Of a stretch of DNA of 43,990 nucleotides, positions 35,246-43,990 are shown one piece after another (the first letter of the stretch is position 1; every line of letters starts with the position of its first letter). This DNA comes from Piedraia hortae CBS 480.64 (lineage: Eukaryota), in the NCBI GenBank assembly GCA_010093745.1, contig MU006043.1, forward strand, positions 1 through 43,990, read 5' to 3'. The notes beneath the pieces were generated by a model. The model was not told where the DNA came from, searched no databases, and worked only from the letters and a program-made list of their open reading frames with translations. The position numbers were made by a program, and so were the translations under genes.

Positions 35246-38200
35246 TGCGAAGGGAGATGGATTTGAATCCCAACAGCAAGTTCAATGCCCCACCTTGTGC
35301 TCGAGTCAGAATAGCACTTCTTGGATTTCATTGTATGAGCATGCGGAGCTGGTACAGGGCATGAGCAGCTCCACCTCCCTTGTACGCAGCGCAAGGTGAA
35401 AAATCCCTACAGCGGACCCATGATACTCGGCGCGGTGAGAATTCGTGAACCAGGACACTAAGTAACGCACATACTGACCAACACAGCGCTGTCAAGCAGA
35501 CCTTGCCCTCCGACCTGTCATCCGGAACGAGCGAGACCGTACGAGTCCGCAAGCCACTGCCGCATTTCTGAAGTACAGTTGCAAGGGACCGCCAAAGCCC
35601 CAGGCAGCACCTCCAGTGGCACTGCCATCAACGGTAGCAAGTGGATGGCAAGTGGACATTATGAAGGCTCCTCCAAGAACTACAAGTGAAGAGCAGAGAT
35701 ACCTACTCGTATACCTAGACGCATCACATCGCACCATTGGCTTCGCCTCTGATGCCTAGAGCCGCATTGGACTCACGAGTCGCATTTTCAAGCACAGAAG
35801 ATTGATGGGAGAAGAGAAAGAGAGCATATAGTGTCGTTGGGCATGTGCTTGACGACACCATGATAAATCGTGGCAAGCGCAAAATTGAGCATAAGCGGGA
35901 GAATAAGGACTAGAGAGTATTGAGCATTGACCAAGTCCCGGATGCATGCCAAGTAACTCATGTGGCCAGCCAAGAACTCGGCGCAAAGTTCCTTGAGAAA
36001 AGAGACACGAATCACCCAGAACGCAAGCTGCTACCTTCCCTCCTGGCCCCTACAGCCTAGAGAACTGCTTCAACCTCCAGCTAAAACCTTAATCGAACAT
36101 CGAAACCTGTCTCGAGCCGCATGTAAGACTTGTTGTGCGATCATACAACCCTCCCAAAAATAAGCACGCAAGGTGCTTGTGTGCCTCGCGCGGCTAAACA
36201 ATCAGCTATTCAGGATCACCTCTCTCGGAGATTGTAATGCCATTACACAGTATCCCGGCAAAAAACCCTCCTGATGCTGGGAACATCATTTGCAAAAGCG
36301 AATGGAAATAATTGCCATTTGAGTGGCTATGTGCGCTGTATGCACCAAATACGCTAGCTCCCTTTCTAATGCCATTCGCGTGTTTCTTCCTAAGGTCTAC
36401 GACTTGTGGACCAAGAAATTAAATCATAATGGACCCCGCATGTGGAAAATAACGGCTGGTCCCCCGTCCGGGAAGATCAAAGGAAGGCTATATATGGACA
36501 TCAGCCCTCTCTATCCATGCCCTTTGCATATTTCCGCCCCTAATATGCAACATGTTGGCCAGCAAAGACATTCACGGGTTTTCAATGATTTTGAAGCTCG
36601 AGGCTGCGTTCCCAGGCATCTGGGGGTTCGGAAATGACATTTGCGCCGGTTTAGTACCAACTGAAGACATTCTTGCCGTGTACCAGTGGACCGACTGTGC
36701 AGCTGCCGGTTAGGTTCGGAAGTGCTTTCGGGTTGGACGAGGGAGAGAATTACGTGCTTTGAGATTAGTACTGATGCAGAGCTGTGGAAGTTTGAGATAG
36801 TCATTCATCCTCAGGAGGAAATCATTTTTCTATGTGGACGTCGAAGCGTGAGTGGAACTGATGATCATGGAGGCGCTGGACGAACTGGTTGGAACATATG
36901 AACTGACGGCCTAAAAGGAACAATGACCAGTGTTTTACAGTGTTACTACCGCCTTACATATGCTATGGAAAGGGGCTCAACAGTGAGAGTTGCTTGGCGT
37001 GGACTAGATGGAAATGCCAGCGAAGCGAACACAGCGGGGTAACTATTGATCAAGAGATATGCTTGTATAGCCCAAGAATCATGGCAACCCACTTCACCCA
37101 GCATGCTCAAAATCGTAGCTACGTCCAACCTTGTAGATCTGCGTTGCTGCCAATTGCCTTTCTGACCTCTGACTCGGCAGAGAAACTCATGAACCAACGT
37201 ACGGGAAACACAGTGATATAACCATAAATCGATTTTCACGGGCATCTAAAGCACTCATTTCTGCTTGCTGCCCCATAAACCCATCACAAAACCTCACAGG
37301 GCCTTTGCAAGGCTGAGATGAGCAGACAAAGAGCTAACGATAATAAATGACGCTGACTCATAAGCAAATAAGCCTTCACGTGCAATGAGGTAATGCCAAG
37401 AAGCCCCACCCTCAGCCACTGCCCCTCTTTTTCTTCGCATATTTCTTCTTCATCACATCATCACTCACTCTTCATCCTCACGCTGCAGACTGGCAAGCGA
37501 CCCAACCATAAGCTGGCCGAGGCTTAAGGCTCAATGCTCCGTGACTGCTCATGGGTAAGCAAGCCTCGGGACCAAACCAAGGGCTTTTCTAACGGTTCGG
37601 TAGAGGCGGCCAACACTGATTGAGATATGTTCTCGATGAGAATGATCCCAGCATGGAGGAAGCAAGAGAGCTTTTGACGAAGGCTGCGGTCGGTCAGCTA
37701 CATTGGGATTGCTCATATTTTTCACGTCACTGACTTGATTATAGACTCTTTGGGAAAGTGTAAGACTCGGGAACTATGATATCGTTAAATGAGCCTTGTC
37801 CGCAAGGGCCACATCATGGAAGATAAAACTTTTGTGTAAGTTGAAACACTGTGAGATGGACTACAGTCACCAACAGGTTCGACAGTAACCTACCACAATA
37901 GTGGGAACTCATGGGGAAAGACCTCATGATACCGCGTCAGGTAGTCTGGCCTCAAACTGGGCCACGGGAAGAAGAGAATGGGACAGATCAATTGAATCAT
38001 CCCAGCTTCAACTTCTACTGGGGTGATTCAATCAATCTGCCCCATACTCTCCCAGTTCTTGCTCGACTTCGCAGCCGGAATTGGCATAGATCTGTGCGGT
38101 CAAGCCGCCGATTGCACAGATCCAATCATTACTACAAAAGACTTGTTTGGCTTTGCTGCTGTCCTTCAGATCAAGCCAGACGAGTCTTGCAAACGGAGCA

Positions 38201-39509
38201 TGTCGAAACAGCTTCCCAGTCGCATCCAGGCAGGCAGCAACTTCTCGACGTCCACTACAACACCGACTGGATTCGACCTAGATCGCACTTTCAAGACGAT
38301 AATGAACACGCCACCTCGAATGTTACACTGGCGTCTTGGACTGGAGTAACAGCCCATTGACTGTTACTCCGGCATCTTCGACTGAAACCCGATTTCCCAT
38401 CTTCTTCTCAGTTTGTTTCTGAGAGACCCCTTTCTGGCTCCAATGTCATTGCCCGGGAAGAGGTGGAAGATGGATGCTTGACCTGGGGTTAATTCATGTG
38501 CTGGGTGTACATGGCTCCTGTCCTGGTTGCTCGCATTATCTTTGCGTGGGTTCCTTGTTGCATGGGCTGGCCGGGTGACTTGAAGGTGTCAAATGGATGT
38601 GGCACCTACCATGACCAGTACCCTAGATAGAAGTCGAAACTTCTCAGGGTTTTTACCTCTATAGAGGAACTTTTTCCTGAGACGGGTCATTGTCTCGTTC
38701 ATGCTTAAGGGCATGGTTCGCTGACGTTGTCCTGGCGAATGCGGTTAGACTGAGGTTGCGTGGAGAAGGGTTTGAACCTCACTTCACATAGAGATAGATA
38801 TCTACATCCACCTTTGGTCAGAGCTGAGTGCACACATTTGTCTTTGCTCTGCGTTCCGCTTTAGTTCTCGGGGGTTCACCCCTCCGGCAGAAGGGCTTTC
38901 GGTGCCGTCTGACCTTATGGAATGAATTCGCCTTGTCTTTCAATGTGTTGGGCTTAGTTGATAGGAGGAGGTTCTCATCATGATTCATTAATTATGTAGT
39001 TAGCTGCGGGCTTCCCAGTGCTTTTATTATGTGGTCCGTTTTCATGATCATGATCATCATGTATGTTCCAGGTAAAGCTGTAGAGCTTTATTTCAACATG
39101 CAAACGACCCATCATTCCTTCTTGATAACTACAATATTTGCGTCATATGTGTTTTGCAGCCGGACTCTGCCATGTCAGGGACTCAAAACATCCAGCTGAA
39201 ACGGCGGTGGGTGGTAAATGCTCATATATATCGTTCTTCCGTCCCTCCAACCGTTTGCCTCCTCCTCCTCCTTCTCCTCCTCCAACGTTTCAAGTCATCT
39301 ATAACCTCAGCAGCAAGTCTACATGATATTCTCTTGACCGGCCGAGCCTTTTTGAGTCACATGACAAGTTTTGCGACGCTTTTGCATCCTGACAGACCCA
39401 CGCCAACCTCACACTGATTTTGCTCGTCTACAGTAAGCTTTGCGATCGGATACATCTCTCCTTGGGCTTCAACCTCCCCATTCGCAAAGCCCTTCACATA
39501 CAGAGAAGA

Positions 39510-39854
39510 GAGAGTACTACAGCATCTGGTAAAGATTGAAGGGAGTTGAGTGGAAAGGCTGGGTGGAAAATGCGTACATCGTTTTCCATCCCTGCTACGG
39601 CTTCCTTTTTTCTCAAAGGGCTTCAATCTATCTATTATCTTGATAGCGAGTCAACACCCTCATAGCTGGCCGATGACGATTTCTGCGGCGCTTTTGCGTG
39701 TCGACAGGTCTCACGCAGATCTGACCAGTCTACATTGAGTATTGTGAGATACCGATACATCTTCGCTTGGGCTACATTCTTATCGTTTACAGAGCTCGTA
39801 ATGATCAAAGGAGGAGAGTACTACAACCTTTGATAACAATTGAAGGGAGTTGAG
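39510..39854. repeat. Imperfect 41-bp direct repeat (39510-39550 and 39814-39854), probably repeat units of a decayed minus-strand gene
   Basis: gagagtactaca...ttgaagggagttgag occurs twice, 304 bp apart; minus strand reads QLPSIFTRCCSTL / QLPSIVIKGCSTL. Confidence 0.75.
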
Positions 39855-40443
39855 GGGGAAGAAAGATTTGAATTACTGCAGTATTCTATCTCCCAGCTCA
39901 TTAAGGTATATTATGAGGGAAAGGATAAATGATTCCAGTTGAGAGATATGGATGCGTAATCTGTTGGCTCAAACATGACACAAAATTGACCCTAAAACCG
40001 TCGACTTGTTTCCGGTTTTGAATGTTCGGCTGCCTCAACGAAAGCTTTTCAGGACGCAGAAACCAGAACTATACACATCTGCACCATCCACTGATGAGGG
40101 AGAAGGAGGGGTTTGTTAAGAGGTTGTTCATACAAGATGCGCTGTTGAGGTTCTTGGTCAGAACTGTTGTGCTACCAGTTCCCGCCTGAACCTAGCGCCG
40201 AATCAATCCCTTCATGTGCGCCGCCATCAAAGCCCAGAGTGCATGTTCCATGGAAAAAGAAACGTTCAAATGCATGTGTGTCACGGGGAACTTGACCTCA
40301 AAGAGAAGCTATGGACAAGAAGGATGTCAGTTGTAAAGAGACCGGAATTGTTCCGTGACAAAATGTCTCTCTTGCTCTGAGTGATTTTCGGCCCGGCCCG
40401 ACCCAATCACTCCTCCTCCGTTCAAAATCGCCTTACATGTAGG

Positions 40444-41578
40444 CAGGGATCAGCAATTTACGGTGAATTTACAGCTCACGTGATGGAACATGTAAATTAT
40501 CCGCAAATTTTACCACTAACCACCTGGAAATTTACTGTGTGGGTCTCACTGCTAATGATCACGTGTTGGATTACACTAGCCAACTTGGCTAGTGCACGAC
40601 GAAGCTACGGCGGCTTGCGCGAGCGATGACGAGCCGTGAAGGCGGGGGTACGAAATGTAATTGCCAGCAACTGGAAGAGGATAGGCACAATGACGATGTA
40701 CCTCGCGGCCATTCTGGATTCGTCCCTTCCGAAAGACCGGAGGCTCACGTTGAAGCCAGAGGGCCTGCGCGCCGTAATGGCCTGGCTGGATGCGCGGTAC
40801 CTCGCTGACGGACTGCAAATATACGGCGAGCTGATGAAGTTTGCTACCAACCAAGATCCGTACAATGATAACTTACGGGCGGCTCCAGCTTGCATGAGCC
40901 CCGTGTCTTGGTGGAAAACGCACTTCGCGAGCCAGCTATCAGAGCTTGCTCGAGATTTGCTATCCATAACGTCAGCCTCGACGTCATCATAGCGGAGCTG
41001 GTCGACATTCGGCCATATCCATTCCAAACCCCGCAACCGGCTCAAGAACCCCAAAGTCGAGAAGTCGGTCTATATCTATAGCAACTCTCGCACGATGGGC
41101 AAGATCAACGCCGACAATGGGCCAATACTCTGGGGTGAAGAAGAAGAAGAAGATGTTGAGGAGGACACTCTGCCAGGCGAGTCGCTTGATCAGCCGGCAC
41201 AGGATATGATAGAACCTCCAACCAGCGATGAGGCCATAGTAGAAGACGAGGCTATTGAAGACAGCCAACTGGTTTGGTTGGATGACAACGAGGATGACGA
41301 CGAGGGCTGGACCTTGGAGAGCGAGATGTTACCAGAGGCTCTTTTGTTGTGAAATACCTGCGTTTGAGATTTCATATCAGTCTGTTCAGTTTCGCTGTGT
41401 ATGTCGTACATCAGCAGAGGCTCGTTGCACTTGATGAATGAGACACCTATGATAAGATGGAAGCGTCAGCAGCAGATCTGGGGGACACATCAAGGTTGAA
41501 AAACTCGTCTCCGGCTACATCTGTAGAGAAATTTACCTGCCAATGTAAATCTTGGCAAACGTAAATCGCCGATCCCTA
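40444..41578 (+). mobile_element. Non-autonomous hAT DNA transposon (internal deletion derivative, 1135 bp)
   Basis: 19-bp TIRs cagggatcagcaatttacg (40444-40462) and cgtaaatcgccgatcccta (41560-41578), 16/19 match; degenerate 8-bp TSD catgtagg / catgcatg; subterminal AATTTAC/GTAAAT repeats at both ends. Confidence 0.9.
40636..41352 (+). pseudogene. hAT transposase C-terminal remnant (dimerisation domain plus acidic tail)
   Basis: SPVSWWKTHFASQLSELARDLLSITSASTSS*RSWSTFGHIHSKPRNRLKNPKVEKSVYIYSN; the conserved Glu of the S-E-R motif is a TAG at 40990-40992. Confidence 0.92.
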
Positions 41579-41675
41579 CATGCATGCGCCACACCTCTGA
41601 TGACCCATCTCATCGGTGACTCACAAGTCCAAGACCTCCTAAAACTTCTACTATCTTTCCAAGTTCCGGCACAAT

Positions 41676-41693
41676 ATCATCATCATCATCATC
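41676..41693 (+). repeat. (ATC)6 microsatellite
   Basis: atcatcatcatcatcatc just upstream of ATG 41713. Confidence 0.9.
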
Positions 41694-41712
41694 AAATTTC
41701 CGTGTAACGACA

Positions 41713-43105
41713 ATGTCCACCTCCCCCAGCTTCAGCCTGGATTCAACGCCATCCTCCCGCACGACCAGCCCAAGCCGCAGTCTCGGCACGTTCGACTCGG
41801 GCAGTACGTACCGTTTCGGACAGTTACGCGACCTTTCAGCATAAAGTTTCTTTGCTGTTCGCGAGCATTGGCACGGGGTTTACGAATATAACCCTCACGC
41901 AGCACGGAGGGGGCGAATACAACCGCGTTGTGATCGCGCGGGCGAAGACCTCTGGAGGTGAAGATATTGAGGGGATTTTTCGCATCCCGCGTGATCTGGA
42001 AGATGAGGTAGGCGAGATGCAGGATCATGTTGCTGTGATGGAGATGTTGAATGCGAGGGGCTTCAAGGTGCCAAAAATTTTGGCGTTTGATGAAATGAAA
42101 TATAATCCCATTCAGTCGCGCTGTATCTCTTTCTTGAGTTTTCAAGGGAGTTGGACCTGCAAGGGGTTTATAGGAGGATGGATCTTGGGGAGAAGTTGGG
42201 GGTTGTGGACGAGTTGGTTGGGTATATGCTTGCTGCGGAGAGGGTTACTTTCCCGTGGTGTGGGATTGTCGGGGCGGGTAAGGGGGCGCCGGTTAAAGGC
42301 TCGGTTTATGATGTGTATGGAGTGCCGAATGTGCGGACTGTGGTTCGAGGGTTTAAGATGACACAGATGGTGTGGGTTCAGAAAGGGAATCGTTGTTTGA
42401 CGTGCTTTTGCGACAGATTCAAGCCAGGTGTAAAATCGCGTACAACACTGAAGACGATCATATTATGCTGGATATATGGGAGAGGTTCCGCATGATTCTG
42501 AATCAAATGCGTGAGAATGGGTACTTTTCCTTTCGCTACGATGCCGCGTCAACTGCGCGGAGTATTCTATTCCACATCGATCTGGAGCCGAGGAACATCA
42601 TGGTTGCCAAAGTGATCGATGATGTTGGCTATAAAATCGACAAGGTAATTGACTGGGATAGAGTGCAGGCCGTGCCTGCGATGATGACACGTCGTCCGCC
42701 AATCTGGCTCTGGGACTACACGAATGAGATGTGGGCGCATCAGACAGGCGTTGCGATACAGTCTGTGAGGAGTGATTTTGATGATGATGCTGGTCACCTG
42801 GACCCGACGAGATATGATGCAGGCAACGGAAGGCTTTCGCCTGATGATCAGCAGATACGTGATCACTTTGAGAACCAGCTTGTTCAGGGACTCGGAAAGA
42901 TCTATCAAGGGTACGATCGAAGTGATTACTTTGAAGAAGCATATGGAAAGGGGCGTTGGATTCATCGCATCGCAAGGTTCGCTTTTGAAGGTATACCTTG
43001 CAATGGAGCCTTTACCAGTTTAAGCACTTTGACGAGGAATGGTCTGCATTTATGAAGCAAGACACCTTGGCAAAACAGATGGGCTGGGAAGCCGAAATGG
43101 AATAA
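41713..43105 (+). pseudogene. APH/choline-kinase-like phosphotransferase, several frameshifts
   Basis: GGGEYNRV, IFRIPR, FKVPKILAFD..NPI, catalytic HIDLEPRNIMV and VIDWD..VP...PPIWLW spread over different frames; ends ...EAEME* at 43105. Confidence 0.88.
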
Positions 43106-43285
43106 ACGCAGTCTTGTATCATAGGAGAGAATTGACAACTTGTAATGAGTAGAGCTTTTTAAAACTACGCCATAAATCCTAAACCTACATCATAATTCCA
43201 TTCAAGAGAGATGTGCCGAAAGAAGTAACAATGTCGTATGCACGCTCACGATAAGATTGTTGGTACATGAACTGAGTGCACATCT

Positions 43286-43860
43286 TTGCTCGCCGCTCCC
43301 GGTAAGCACACGTCATGGGCAGTTCACGAGCCCTCTGCACTGCAACTGGAAAGAACCGACCTACACTACCTCCTGGCCCTGAAGACAGGACATGTAGACT
43401 TCGCGGCGTATCACCGCCGCTTTGACCACCAGGATGCAGTTATGACCTGCTCCGACAGACATGAGAAGACCCCCGAGCACCTCGTACACTGTATACAGAT
43501 CGTTCGCCGCTAGCGTTTCTGGCCCTGGTTCTGGGAGGGGCCACTCCGTCAACTCAATTACGCAGGCCGTCAATGCTACCTCGCCGAACTGGCGAGGCGG
43601 CCAGCCCATTTTGCGGCATTCTTGCACAACACATAATTCTACCACGAGGTTTGTTCTCGCAACTGGACACAGTGTTGTGCCTTGGGACACTGCGAGCCGT
43701 CTACGCTTTCCGGACAGCGGGGAGGCAGGCGGAAGGATGTGTAGGGCGCCTACGCGAGGCTCGATATGCTGCAGTTCCTGGCTTAGCACGCCCTATGCGG
43801 CCAGCCGTTCCCGGTCGTGCTGCCACGACGTTAAAAATCGAAATTAAGAAAACTAAAATA
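43286..43860 (+). mobile_element. Tad1-like LINE 3' fragment with UTR and A-rich tail
   Basis: LHYLLALKTGHVDFAAYHRRFDH...CSDRHEKTPEHLVHC, then FAAFLHNT*FYHEVCSR (compare FATFLDNTGLYHELCPR at ~750-810); ends gttaaaaatcgaaattaagaaaactaaaata. Confidence 0.9.
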
Positions 43861-43990
43861 CCCCACCGGCCTTTGGCGCGAGGGCAAAGCTCGCGGTAGA
43901 AACCAGTGTTGTCCAGGGATGGGGCTATGCGCCTCACGTGGAATATTTCACCCAGCACTTGGACACTATCCCTCCGGCAGAGCGAAGAAG
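43861..43990 (-). mobile_element. LINE ORF2 C-terminal fragment, tail-to-tail with the previous element, running off the window
   Basis: SLDNTGFYRELCPR; cgcgagggcaaagctcgcggtagaaaccagtgttgtccagg matches 761-801. Confidence 0.85.

Overview
Eukaryotic DNA from a filamentous ascomycete (inferred from short 45-54 nt introns with CTAAC/CTGAC-type branch sites and Pezizomycotina-like proteins). A compact core of intact host genes lies at about 23.0-31.7 kb: a truncated SPT23/MGA2-like transcription factor, MET17/cysD, TRS130 and QCR10. A GFA/CENP-V gene sits at 18.6-19.1 kb. Both flanks are graveyards of decayed mobile DNA and gene relics: Tad1-like LINEs, two complementary deletion copies of a Ty3/gypsy-type element, a hAT deletion derivative with TIRs, a kinesin-1 fragment and an APH-like kinase pseudogene. 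The most notable signal, at about 4.86-9.1 kb, is a tightly packed, intronless, decayed cluster. It contains a divergent RNA-primed-type family B DNA polymerase (Exo I/II/III plus motif A, cut off by a deletion), a convergent Pol-beta-type nucleotidyltransferase-like ORF, a candidate ssDNA-binding protein and further orphan ORFs. I interpret it as the relic of an integrated DNA virus or self-replicating element. All calls come from manual motif reading; no database searches were run.
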